A stretch of DNA of 64,000 nt, taken from assembly GCA_028710275.1 (NCBI GenBank), contig JAQTUL010000001.1, positions 921-64,920 of the forward strand, written 5' to 3'. How positions within the stretch are numbered: the stretch's first letter is position 1; the number at the start of each line of letters is the position of its first letter. Under the pieces are notes generated by a model. That model did no database searches. It was not told the origin of the DNA and worked only from the letters and a program-made list of their open reading frames with translations. Source of the stretch: Candidatus Colwellbacteria bacterium. GTDB lineage: Bacteria; Patescibacteriota; Minisyncoccia; UBA6257; Colwellbacteraceae. The position numbers and the translations under genes were made by a program. This document shows positions 1 to 8,042 of this stretch, piece after piece.

Positions 1-135
1 CTTCGTCAGACTTACTCTCCTCCTCTTCGTCAGACTTACTCTCCTCCTCTTCGTCAGACTTACTCTCCTCCTCTTCGTCCTCCTCTTCGTCCTCCTCTTC
101 GTCCTCCGACTTCTCTTCGTCGGACTTACTCGCCT
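1..135 (-). repeat. 24-nt/12-nt tandem repeats (cttcgtcagacttactctcctcct; cttcgtcctcct) encoding an acidic (E/D/S/K) low-complexity tail
   Basis: Direct repeats visible at positions 1-120. Confidence 0.7.
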
Positions 136-721
136 CGTCCTCGTCATCCGACTCTTCTTCGATCTCGACCTCCTCTCCACAGAAGATAGATGACAGATCA
201 TCGAGATTCATGTCAGACATCATTCTCTTGATGACCTTCTCGCGAAGTGCATCCTTCTGCTCACAGAGCAGATCATATTTCTCACCAATCTCCTCGTCCT
301 TCTCTCGGCACTCAACACACTTTCCCTTCTTCTCCTTTCCCTTCTTGATCTTGTCATCATGTTCGCAGTCCTCATAACTCTCTTCCGTCTCATCGATCTC
401 GGTGATGAGCTCATCAATTCGAACCTGCTCATCGTCGGATGGGGAGAAGTTGAATGATGCGAAGATACCGTTGTGGACGGTGACATACCGGTAGTCCTCA
501 TCACTCTCTCCGAAGTTGGCGAAGACGAACATGATCAGGGGGAACTCCTTGGACAGAGACTTGATCTCCTTATCAGTCTCATACTGCCACTTACACCACT
601 CCCCAATTCCCATCTCCATATCCAGATTTTCTTTGTTATCAACGAACCACTTCTCGAGACGCTTTCTCTCCGACGAGGAGGTCTTGAAGATGGCGATAGA
701 GGTGAAGACTTGGCAGCCCAT
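1..721 (-). CDS. Partial CDS, C-terminal part beyond window edge. Acidic protein ending in EEESKSD repeats; function unknown
   Basis: Hand-translated minus-strand frame is open from ATG (revcomp of 719-721) to position 1 with no stop. Composition is balanced (MGCQVFTSIAIFK...EWCKWQYETDKEIK...) and ends in acidic EEESKSDEE repeats. The promoter-like motif sits 70 nt upstream. Replaces the wrong-frame track ORF 220..504. Confidence 0.5.
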   Translation of the reverse strand, partial: MGCQVFTSIAIFKTSSSERKRLEKWFVDNKENLDMEMGIGEWCKWQYETDKEIKSLSKEFPLIMFVFANFGESDEDYRYVTVHNGIFASFNFSPSDDEQVRIDELITEIDETEESYEDCEHDDKIKKGKEKKGKCVECREKDEEIGEKYDLLCEQKDALREKVIKRMMSDMNLDDLSSIFCGEEVEIEEESDDEDEASKSDEEKSEDEEEDEEEDEEEESKSDEEEESKSDEEEESKSDE

Positions 722-790
722 GATGAAGAAAGTGCTTGAAGTATTTGAGAGTGCTGTGATAAGCGGTGAATCTCTAGTATTCAACACAGG

Positions 791-805
791 AAAAATCACT
801 TTTTC
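791..805 (-). promoter_or_regulatory. Upstream motif instance (sense 5'-AAAAAGTGATTTTT-3') for CDS 1..721
   Basis: + strand reads aaaaatcactttttc. Same element found upstream of >=10 other minus-strand genes. Confidence 0.5.
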
Positions 806-991
806 TGGAGACTGGACTAGTAATATAGAGGGCCTAGTGGCCTTCTGTATTATTCTGGTAGACTAAGTGGAGAGTGGAAGTAGGTGTTTAGACACAATCG
901 GTCTTGAGCCACTTATTGACCTCTGCAATATCAGAGATCTCCACTCCGTCCGTCGGAACCAAAACTGTCGCGTACAGTGATGGGTCGAAGT

Positions 992-1369
992 TCAGATACT
1001 TGGAGAGAGCAACACCGATGTCACTCTTCCAGTGATCATGTATGACATGTACATTTGAGAGACGAAGGAGAAACGTGCGAGGAAGTTCCACATCTCATTG
1101 GTCACATTCTCCTTCAGAAGAAAAGCCTGGAAAAAGGGCTTCATCTCATTTCGCAGTGCGAAGAAGTTGGTGAGTCCGCGAGGCTTGATGAACCAACCAT
1201 CCTTCCGGATTCCGTAGAACGGAAATGCCATTCCCTTAACATGAGAGTTCTCTCCGGTGGAGATGTAGAAGTAGGAACCGTTGACCTTGAAGATTGTTCG
1301 GTCCTTGTGTGTGATGGATGATCCAGTGGGGGAAACGACAGATGATGAGGTAGAACGAGTGAGAGTCAT
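992..1369 (-). CDS. Hypothetical protein. Probably continues into ORF 888..1091 via a frameshift
   Basis: ORF with upstream motif at 1418-1433. The overlapping -frame ORF 888..1091 encodes a protein-like continuation (HVIHDHWKSDIGVALSKYLNFDPSLYATVLVPTDG...). Confidence 0.4.
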   Translation of the reverse strand: MTLTRSTSSSVVSPTGSSITHKDRTIFKVNGSYFYISTGENSHVKGMAFPFYGIRKDGWFIKPRGLTNFFALRNEMKPFFQAFLLKENVTNEMWNFLARFSFVSQMYMSYMITGRVTSVLLSPSI

Positions 1370-1417
1370 AGTGGAGAAGTTACTGTGAGAAGTGAAATAG
1401 AGTGTGTGGTATCGAAA

Positions 1418-1433
1418 GAAATCACTTTTTTCT
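1418..1433 (-). promoter_or_regulatory. Upstream motif instance (aaatcactttttt on + strand) for CDS starting at 1369
   Basis: Motif about 50 nt upstream of ATG. Confidence 0.45.
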
Positions 1434-1456
1434 CTTATGAAGGCCTGCCTTCTGTA

Positions 1457-2059
1457 TTAGTCGAATGCATCAGCTGCCTTAGTGATGGCTCGCGCATCGT
1501 CCCCGATGGACCCCACATCTTTCAGATGAGGACGAACGAGGTTGCGGGCTCTCCACGCGGTAGACGCGTCCTTCACGAGATCCATGGCCTCAATAATAAG
1601 ACGACGAGGTTCGTCTTTGAGCTCCTTCTCCATATCGAGGCGAATCTTCTCATCAATCTCCCTGAATGCCGGAGTCCACTTCTCTTGGGAGATCTTCACC
1701 GCATCCATCAGACGAGGAAGATCATTCTCCTCAGCGAGAGATTCGAAGTCAGAGATACAGATTCTCTGAATACCGGGATTCGAATGGTCGTTCATCTGTT
1801 TGATAGCAAGATCGATGAGTACCTCGGTAGCCTCTTTGTTCATCGGATCCTCCCGAATGAACTCGACCACCTCAATACATTCTGGGTGATGATCCGCAAA
1901 ATAAGTGAGATGGTGAATGTCTTGCGGAACGAACAGATCCTCCGCACAGACGCATTCGGGCCATGAACCGAGAATATCGAACATCTTGGTCACCTCCAGA
2001 CGTTCTGATGTGGAGTATATCGTAACATTCGCGACCTGAGTCTCGAAAACATCCTTCAT
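1457..2059 (-). CDS. Hypothetical protein (about 200 aa). Start most likely the internal ATG at 2059 rather than 2191
   Basis: The track ORF runs to 2191, but the upstream motif (2171-2185) and a G-poor leader would then be inside coding sequence (MVKKSDF = AAAAAGTGATTTT). A downstream ATG at 2057-2059 gives MKDVFETQ.... Confidence 0.45.
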   Translation of the reverse strand: MKDVFETQVANVTIYSTSERLEVTKMFDILGSWPECVCAEDLFVPQDIHHLTYFADHHPECIEVVEFIREDPMNKEATEVLIDLAIKQMNDHSNPGIQRICISDFESLAEENDLPRLMDAVKISQEKWTPAFREIDEKIRLDMEKELKDEPRRLIIEAMDLVKDASTAWRARNLVRPHLKDVGSIGDDARAITKAADAFD

Positions 2060-2170
2060 GACTCGAGATGCGAGGGGAGAAATGAGTTGTAGCAGACATT
2101 GGGAATGTGACGTTGAATGAGAGTGGTTGGTTGTTGTGAAGAGGTGATTTCTACACTCTCTTTTGGGTAG

Positions 2171-2185
2171 AAAATCACTTTTTTT
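2171..2185 (-). promoter_or_regulatory. Upstream motif instance (aaaatcacttttttt)
   Basis: About 110 nt upstream of the ATG at 2059. Flanked by an inverted copy gtgatttct about 25 nt away. Confidence 0.45.
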
Positions 2186-2195
2186 CACCATAAGC

Positions 2196-2507
2196 CTACA
2201 CGTAGATCTTCTTCCCTTTGACTATAACGTATTTTCCTCCACGAGCTCCTGTATGTATTTTTCTCGTCTTCGAGACTCTTCTCCTCATAGAGGATCTTTC
2301 TTTAGGACTCATCTTTGAAAGACGAGGACTCTTTCGTCTCGAGGAACTTCGAGACCTACACTTACACTTTTTTAAATTCTTTCGTTGGCGCGGGGATGTC
2401 TCTCTCTCCCACTTTTCACAATCCCATGAAGGTTTCTTTCCGTCGCGAATATCCTGATTGTATCGCACCCAACAGTATTTTCTCTGAGCTTCAGATGTAA
2501 AAGGCAT
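2196..2507 (-). CDS. Small, extremely basic Arg/Ser/Lys-rich protein (protamine/SR-like); possible nucleic-acid-binding core protein
   Basis: 103 aa containing ...KKCKCRSRSSSRRKSPRLSKMSPKERSSMRRRVSKTRKIHTGARGGKYVIVKGKKIYV. Confidence 0.45.
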   Translation of the reverse strand: MPFTSEAQRKYCWVRYNQDIRDGKKPSWDCEKWERETSPRQRKNLKKCKCRSRSSSRRKSPRLSKMSPKERSSMRRRVSKTRKIHTGARGGKYVIVKGKKIYV

Positions 2508-2775
2508 GCTATACTTTAGGAAAAGATTTCATTAAATTAAAGAATTAATGAAATCTAATTACTGTTTTCTTGCATTAGCGTGATACTGTTGTATCATACC
2601 TTTGATATCAACAAGTCCCTGTGATGTCAATCCCTCCCGTGTTCGGCTACATGAATGTTCACCACTTGTATTATAGAGATAAACTAGAACTAGAATGAGA
2701 ATAATAATAGAGAGAGCTGCGTTTAGACACCCGTGCATTTTTGGTTATTGATAGCAAAGAGAAAAAGTTACAAGA

Positions 2776-3696
2776 TTAATCATCGTCTTCCTCCTCCATC
2801 TCTCTCATCCTCTTCATCTCCTCAGCAGCCTTCTTGACATTCATCATCGCCTCCTTCTTATCAGTACGTCCGGTTTTTCCTACATCTCTAATGATTGGAT
2901 CCATTGTTGCGTCCTCTTCCAACATATCATCTAGTTCGTCATCTAACATCTCTCCTCCAGAGATAGGCATCTGTTTTTGTTTAGGTTTGTTGGATGGACG
3001 TTTAATATCTGCACCCAACGATGATCTCGCTAATCCGTCATGACCAACCCCTTTAGTTGGATAACTTCTTGCGCTACTCAACCCCACGTCTGGAGGATCT
3101 TGTTCTTTAATTCTTTGACGATGATCATCCATTGGTCGTCCAGCCTGTCTAACTTTACTTCTCACAGCTGAATGTCGAGATGATGATTCATCAACGAGTT
3201 TACTCAAATCGGTTTCATACTCTTCGTTCTCTTCATTGTCGTGAGAAGGAGAACCATTAACAGGCATTCCGAGAATCTCTGATAGAGGAGTTACAGTTGA
3301 CCCTGGATTTTTGACAGGAACCGCAGAAGGTTGGGTAGCTTGGGTTATTTTTTGAACAATAGAGTAGACACTCTTAATGATCTCCATGGATGCATCTCCT
3401 TCGTAAGTTGAAACAATGCCATCAGTATGTACAACAATGATACACGGAACCTCGGTAACCTTTATACTAGAGGAATTGAGAATACTTGATCTCATGTCAG
3501 GATTATCGATATTTAGATAATAGAAAAATCTTTTGCATTCAGGAGGGATTGAATTGATAAGTTCTGCGCACTTGGGTGAAAATCTACTCCAGAGAAAGAG
3601 AATCATTCGTATAGTCTTGTCTGGTTGGAGAAACCTATTCATCTCTGCAAGAGATTCAATAACAAATGGGAGTTGGTCCGGTTGTTCAGATGCCAT
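2776..3696 (-). CDS. Protein with N-terminal thioredoxin-like fold (single Cys, SPKC) and a long acidic/disordered C-terminal tail
   Basis: ILFLWSRFSPKCAEL resembles WCxxC-type thioredoxin. VPCIIVVHTDG resembles the cis-Pro loop. C-terminus is E/D/K-rich. Confidence 0.35.
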   Translation of the reverse strand: MASEQPDQLPFVIESLAEMNRFLQPDKTIRMILFLWSRFSPKCAELINSIPPECKRFFYYLNIDNPDMRSSILNSSSIKVTEVPCIIVVHTDGIVSTYEGDASMEIIKSVYSIVQKITQATQPSAVPVKNPGSTVTPLSEILGMPVNGSPSHDNEENEEYETDLSKLVDESSSRHSAVRSKVRQAGRPMDDHRQRIKEQDPPDVGLSSARSYPTKGVGHDGLARSSLGADIKRPSNKPKQKQMPISGGEMLDDELDDMLEEDATMDPIIRDVGKTGRTDKKEAMMNVKKAAEEMKRMREMEEEDDD

Positions 3697-3786
3697 ATTC
3701 TAACTTTAGTCTTACGTCTTAACTTTTAAACAACACAAAACTACACAATTAATCGAATTCTTTTTTATGTTCAATATCTAATAGCT

Positions 3787-4335
3787 ATGTCTAACGTTCA
3801 ACGTGGATTTGATACCTCAGGAAATAGATGGACTCTTCCGCGAGAAGCTGTTGATGCATATGATAACGACTCATCCGAATTTCAGAGAGCACAACCCCGT
3901 ATATCAGAGAATCCGTCGACCTCTTATTATTCCAATCCCTACGAGATTGAGAGAAGTGTGATTCCTCGAGATGCCCGAGGTGTGTTCTACTCTTTCTTTT
4001 CGGCTCAAAATGTTCTGTACATCTCTACAGAAATTACACGTCGTCTCGCAGGTGTTCATTCCGAAGGGAAAAACATCATTGTTTCAGATCGTCAGATCGT
4101 CTCTGTGATGGACAGTATCTACAAGAACACATATCGAGATATCGATAAGATGACCATTATGGTTATCGGGTATCTTGTGGATTATGTTACTGCTGATCTT
4201 CAGACAGAGGCCCAGAATAAAAAGCTCAGTATCTGGACAACTAATTTCGGACCAGAGACCGGATTACGACAATACTCAAAGATTAAGATAAGGGAGCGCA
4301 GAGGAACACCCATGATTTTCAACATGAATTATTGA
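3787..4335 (+). CDS. Hypothetical protein (182 aa)
   Basis: Clean ORF. Convergent with the next gene. 28-nt perfect palindrome after its stop. Confidence 0.45.
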   Translation: MSNVQRGFDTSGNRWTLPREAVDAYDNDSSEFQRAQPRISENPSTSYYSNPYEIERSVIPRDARGVFYSFFSAQNVLYISTEITRRLAGVHSEGKNIIVSDRQIVSVMDSIYKNTYRDIDKMTIMVIGYLVDYVTADLQTEAQNKKLSIWTTNFGPETGLRQYSKIKIRERRGTPMIFNMNY

Positions 4336-4365
4336 CCGGTTATAAGGTGTCCGGATTCAATTTAT

Positions 4366-4393
4366 AAAACAAAATCCCATGGGATTTTGTTTT
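4366..4393. terminator. Perfect 28-nt palindrome aaaacaaaatcccatgggattttgtttt followed by attcgattt; 3' hairpin between convergent genes
   Basis: Verified as a perfect inverted repeat. First of three related ATAAAACAA...TTGTTTTATTCGATT elements. Confidence 0.55.
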
Positions 4394-4431
4394 ATTCGAT
4401 TTGGTGGTAGACTAGTATTCTCTCTGATGGT

Positions 4432-4719
4432 TTACTCCATCAGAGACTCCATCTCTGGAACCATCTCCATGAGAAATCTGACCTCGTCGTCGACGTTGCT
4501 TCCTTGAGCCATCACGAATGTCATGATCTCACGCGCAGTCTCCAGTCGAGAGTTCTCATTGTCAACGAAACGATCCACGAGATGGAGAAGATCCTCCTTG
4601 ATCTTCTCCGTGTTGATGTACTTGCTGTTGAGATGCCCGAAGTTCTTGTCGATGATATCATTCATGATGAATGAAACGGGGGTGACAATCTGAATGACAA
4701 CGGAGTTGGATGAAGACAT
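4432..4719 (-). CDS. Hypothetical small protein (96 aa, start MSSSNSV)
   Basis: The track ORF extends to 4860, but the motif (4774-4788) would be inside coding (RKSDF). ATG at 4717-4719 chosen. Confidence 0.4.
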   Translation of the reverse strand: MSSSNSVVIQIVTPVSFIMNDIIDKNFGHLNSKYINTEKIKEDLLHLVDRFVDNENSRLETAREIMTFVMAQGSNVDDEVRFLMEMVPEMESLME

Positions 4720-4773
4720 AGTGGAAAGAATGTGTTGTGATGGAGTGGTGATATTGGATTGTATATTTGGATA

Positions 4774-4788
4774 AAAATCACTTTTTCT
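4774..4788 (-). promoter_or_regulatory. Upstream motif instance (aaaaatcactttttc)
   Basis: About 55 nt upstream of ATG 4719. Confidence 0.45.
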
Positions 4789-4837
4789 ACTGATGGGACA
4801 TAACGATAAGATGATCCAACTCATTCTTCCAGTTGTA

Positions 4838-4869
4838 AACGCTTCTTTATAAAACAACACTCTACGGAA
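4838..4869. terminator. Hairpin ataaaacaaca-N10-tgttgttttat, followed by tcgattcgg; 3' end of gene 4956..5318
   Basis: 11-bp inverted arms. About 85 nt downstream of the stop at 4956. Confidence 0.5.
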
Positions 4870-4955
4870 TGTTGTTTTATTCGATTCGGGTGGGGTCGGT
4901 GTATACTAGTTTCTTCACCATCCTGTTTTCAGATCATTCAGCGAATGTAGAAGTG

Positions 4956-5318
4956 TTACCACATAATAAGTTTGAGTTTTTCGTACAGTGCGTTAAGTTG
5001 ACATTTCATTTCAACAAGCTCCTCGAGTGTCACATCCTCAACATCAGTTGTCTCAGCGATGAAATCATTCGGATCCGAATGCCGTTCTATAGCGTAAAGA
5101 ACAAATTTCGCGTACTGATTGTCTTTAGTGTCACGAATCATAATGTGATGATCATTATCAATGATCGATATTATTGCATCTTTGTTTTGGTAACCAATAA
5201 GTTGTGGAAATCTAGTATCCTCGGGATACTCATCCCGAGGAGTCAGACAAACCTTTCCATTGATTTTGTTAGGAATACCTTTAGTCTTAACCCTTGTAAA
5301 AGATACAGGTGCAGCCAT
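4956..5318 (-). CDS. Hypothetical protein (120 aa)
   Basis: ORF with the motif 40 nt upstream and the conserved hairpin downstream. Confidence 0.4.
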   Translation of the reverse strand: MAAPVSFTRVKTKGIPNKINGKVCLTPRDEYPEDTRFPQLIGYQNKDAIISIIDNDHHIMIRDTKDNQYAKFVLYAIERHSDPNDFIAETTDVEDVTLEELVEMKCQLNALYEKLKLIMW

Positions 5319-5358
5319 GAGTGAGAAAGAGAAGTGAATTAGGTGCGTGGTATTGGAT

Positions 5359-5373
5359 AAAAAATCACTTTTC
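5359..5373 (-). promoter_or_regulatory. Upstream motif instance (aaaaaatcacttttc) Confidence 0.45.
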
Positions 5374-5405
5374 TGTATCGATACCGATGATAGGCTAAGT
5401 GGAAC

Positions 5406-5439
5406 AATAAAACAAAATCCCGTAGGATGTTGTTTTATT
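5406..5439. terminator. Hairpin aataaaacaa-N14-ttgttttatt, followed by cgatttg; 3' end of gene 5485..6081
   Basis: 10-bp arms. About 45 nt downstream of the stop at 5485. Confidence 0.5.
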
Positions 5440-5484
5440 CGATTTGTGGCGCGAGCGGTAGACTAATTATTCTCTCGGTTTTTC

Positions 5485-6081
5485 TTAGTACTTCTTCACA
5501 GAGTACTGCTGCTGAGTCTCATGGCACGACTTGCAGTAGTCCATCTTGGTCAGGTTCGGGCAGTTCCATCCCTTGCCGACAACGTATCCATCCTGATCAC
5601 GACTGCGTCCTCCGCGGCACTGCTGATCCGGACGCTTGTTGATCTCCTCAAATCGAGCTTGCTTAGCCTCCCATCGAGCCTTGCTCTCTGCAGATCTGCG
5701 CTCGTTCTCCTCTTCACGAAGAACCTTCCACTGTTCAGTGCAAGCTCCACACTGCTTGCTAGTCTCCTTGCACTTTCCTCCACAGTTGTTCGGGCAGTAC
5801 TTCAGTCCGTGGAAAGTCATGTAGACATCCTCGTCGTGAGAGTAGCGACACTTCGATCCGAACTTGCAGAGGGGCTTCCCAGTTGAAGCATCCAGTCCAT
5901 CCGCAGTCTTGAAGTGTGAGTAGCAAGGACGCTGTTCATCCGGAACCTGTGAAGCATGCTTGGACGACGCAGCAGCAGGCTTGGACGCAGCAGCAGGCTT
6001 GGACGACGCAGCAGCAGGCTTGGGAACTTGAGACTTCACAGGCTTGGAATCCGAGAGAACAGAGAACATGTTGGAAGACAT
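5485..6081 (-). CDS. CCCH-type zinc-finger protein with PAAAS(S)K low-complexity repeats
   Basis: CYSHFKTADGLDASTGKPLCKFGSKCRYSH fits C-x8-C-x5-C-x3-H. Further Cys/His cluster at the C-terminus. Confidence 0.5.
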   Translation of the reverse strand: MSSNMFSVLSDSKPVKSQVPKPAAASSKPAAASKPAAASSKHASQVPDEQRPCYSHFKTADGLDASTGKPLCKFGSKCRYSHDEDVYMTFHGLKYCPNNCGGKCKETSKQCGACTEQWKVLREEENERRSAESKARWEAKQARFEEINKRPDQQCRGGRSRDQDGYVVGKGWNCPNLTKMDYCKSCHETQQQYSVKKY

Positions 6082-6157
6082 CTTAGTAACGAGAGTTGGG
6101 AGAGAATGAGTTGTCGGTGAGTGTTGTGGAGGGGTGATTTATCCTTCTAGTATTCTC

Positions 6158-6173
6158 AAAAAATCACTTTTTC
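6158..6173 (-). promoter_or_regulatory. Upstream motif instance (aaaaaatcactttttc)
   Basis: About 80 nt upstream of ATG 6081. Inverted partial copy ggtgattt at 6133-6140. Confidence 0.45.
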
Positions 6174-6192
6174 TAGGATTTTACCTTAGCAT

Positions 6193-7035
6193 TTAGGCCT
6201 CCAAAGAAATCTTGGAGATATTGAAGATTGTCTCCTTTTCCTCATCTCCACGTGTAAAAGTTCTGTTGTTGAATAATTTCATAAAACTATTTCGTAATCT
6301 CTTTACGGAGATCTTTTCATTACAAGAGGATTCTTTTATCAGAGAGATTGCTGATTTCTCTAACAGAGAGATTTTCCTATTAGCTAAAGCTTTCTCATCT
6401 GGTTCGTATTGAATAATCTTTAACAAACGACCGAGACAATCTTCGTATAGATCATAAGATTCTATATTCCACGAAGAGAGAATTTCCGAACAGATATCCA
6501 TATTTCGCGTCCGATAAAATATATCCACTGTTCTATTTATATCACTTGGCCATCCGGTAATTTTAAAAGTTCTCAGCATGGAGAGAATATGTGATGTTGA
6601 GAAATCATCTATAGTATCAGACAGATCGTTCTTATTGAAAATCTCTTTCATGAGTACATGACATACTTCGATATCGGTTTCGTATCTACCCTCTATTTTT
6701 TGTAGACGCTCTGTAGTCTGTTCTACTTCCGAACAATCTTCGAGAGTCCAGACTGAAACTCTCAAATCGGTATCTATATCGAAAGTTACATCAGTAGGAT
6801 GAGAATTGATCTCTATATTTAACCACCCCTCTATATCTTCACGTGAAGGATCTTTTCCAGGAATATTGCAATACTTCCTCAGACTCTCCGTGTCGGTTTC
6901 GTCTCCTTTGAGGGTATGTAGAAGATACTCTACAACTATTTTTCCAGCCTTAATCTGAAGGTCTGATTCTGAAACGAGAAAATGCTTTCTCTTTCCTCTA
7001 ATAGAAGAGACATCTATCGAATAGTATTGTGACAT
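6193..7035 (-). CDS. Hypothetical protein (280 aa)
   Basis: Long clean ORF. No motif recognised. Confidence 0.45.
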   Translation of the reverse strand: MSQYYSIDVSSIRGKRKHFLVSESDLQIKAGKIVVEYLLHTLKGDETDTESLRKYCNIPGKDPSREDIEGWLNIEINSHPTDVTFDIDTDLRVSVWTLEDCSEVEQTTERLQKIEGRYETDIEVCHVLMKEIFNKNDLSDTIDDFSTSHILSMLRTFKITGWPSDINRTVDIFYRTRNMDICSEILSSWNIESYDLYEDCLGRLLKIIQYEPDEKALANRKISLLEKSAISLIKESSCNEKISVKRLRNSFMKLFNNRTFTRGDEEKETIFNISKISLEA

Positions 7036-7039
7036 CTTG

Positions 7040-7067
7040 ATTATGTTTAATTATAATTAAACATAAT
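7040..7067. terminator. Perfect 28-nt palindrome attatgtttaattataattaaacataat immediately after the stop of 7077..7355
   Basis: Verified palindrome. Confidence 0.5.
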
Positions 7068-7076
7068 GAATCAATT

Positions 7077-7355
7077 TTAAGCATCAGTCTCGTCGTTGAT
7101 CGCCGCTCTAATTATTGCTCTACATTCAGGACATAAATTAGAGATATCATCACGCACTTCATAAATTGATTGGCACTCACCATACTTAACGATAAATGCA
7201 CTCATCATGGATCTGTATGAGTATGGACAGCTATTAAGTATCCTTAAAACCAATGGAAGTTTCTCTCCCTCATATTCCAAAAGACTATTGAATGTCTCGA
7301 GATTTTCGTCGACTTGTGCCATGACTGTATCGTTAATGATGTAAATTGTTCTCAT
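7077..7355 (-). CDS. Small hypothetical protein (92 aa; CPYS...CPEC)
   Basis: ORF only. Confidence 0.3.
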   Translation of the reverse strand: MRTIYIINDTVMAQVDENLETFNSLLEYEGEKLPLVLRILNSCPYSYRSMMSAFIVKYGECQSIYEVRDDISNLCPECRAIIRAAINDETDA

Positions 7356-7382
7356 GACAAGAAATCATTTTTAAAGATCTAT

Positions 7383-8024
7383 TTAATTGTGTTTGTGGTA
7401 TGCACATCCTCCATTTCCATATCGTTCTTTTAACTCCTCCAATTTTTCGATTGCGTCGAGAAGAAAATCATCCGTTTCAGAGGAATCCTTCTTTGCGTCA
7501 AAGTAAGGAGCACGAATAGTCTGTTTTGGATTAGCTTTAAACACATCAGAGAGATCATCGATGATCACCGTGTTACACGGATGATATCCTTTGAAATTAT
7601 AAAGATACCGGAGATCCTTCGGACTATTTTCATCGTACAGTTTCTGAGACTCGTCACAATTGTTGTCGTAGAGAAACATCTTTATCTGGCGATCCTTCTT
7701 ACCATCCATAATAATATTCTCTATAATGAACGATGCATAATCTCTCGATGCTGCTGTCCATACCGAGACATCAAAATTCTCAAATAGGTAACTAAGAAAC
7801 TTTTTCAGATGAGGACGCGAGTAGACTCGGTAATACCCCTCCATAGTTTGATAATCAAGTTTACGTTTGTCGATATTTTTCATTCTCTTAATCTCCTTGA
7901 GGGACAATGAGGATATAATCGTGTTGTCAAGATCAAGGACCACGCTGAGCTTGGATTTTTTATTATGCGAATATCCTTTTTGTTGGGGGGATTCTACGTT
8001 ATAGGATTTCGACATTACAGACAA
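7383..8024 (-). CDS. NIF/FCP1-homology (HAD-type) CTD phosphatase-like protein
   Basis: LSVVLDLDNTIISS (DxDxT catalytic motif), YRVYSRPHLKKFL, FDVSVWTAASRDYA. Typical NLI-interacting-factor family signature. Conserved in many NCLDVs. Confidence 0.7.
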   Translation of the reverse strand: MSVMSKSYNVESPQQKGYSHNKKSKLSVVLDLDNTIISSLSLKEIKRMKNIDKRKLDYQTMEGYYRVYSRPHLKKFLSYLFENFDVSVWTAASRDYASFIIENIIMDGKKDRQIKMFLYDNNCDESQKLYDENSPKDLRYLYNFKGYHPCNTVIIDDLSDVFKANPKQTIRAPYFDAKKDSSETDDFLLDAIEKLEELKERYGNGGCAYHKHN

Positions 8025-8042
8025 TGTACACGATTACATACA

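Noticed and set aside
220-504. Track ORF 220..504 (-), an R/S-rich 94-aa protein
   Set aside because: Low-complexity out-of-frame translation. A different minus-strand frame is open from 721 to the window edge with sensible composition and an upstream motif. Replaced by partial CDS 1..721.
1385-2099. ORFs 1385..1966 (+), 1542..1769 (+), 1872..2099 (-)
   Set aside because: Overlap the better-supported minus-strand gene 1457..2059. No promoter or terminator signals of their own.
2060-2191. N-terminal 44 codons of track ORF 1457..2191, and similarly 4720..4860 of ORF 4432..4860
   Set aside because: Would place the conserved upstream motif and the G-poor leader inside coding sequence. An in-frame downstream ATG gives a start consistent with the other genes.
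5427-5886. ORFs 5427..5642, 5521..5886, 5636..5824 (+) and 5550..5783 (-)
   Set aside because: Overlapping frames of the CCCH zinc-finger gene 5485..6081, whose product has clear motifs.
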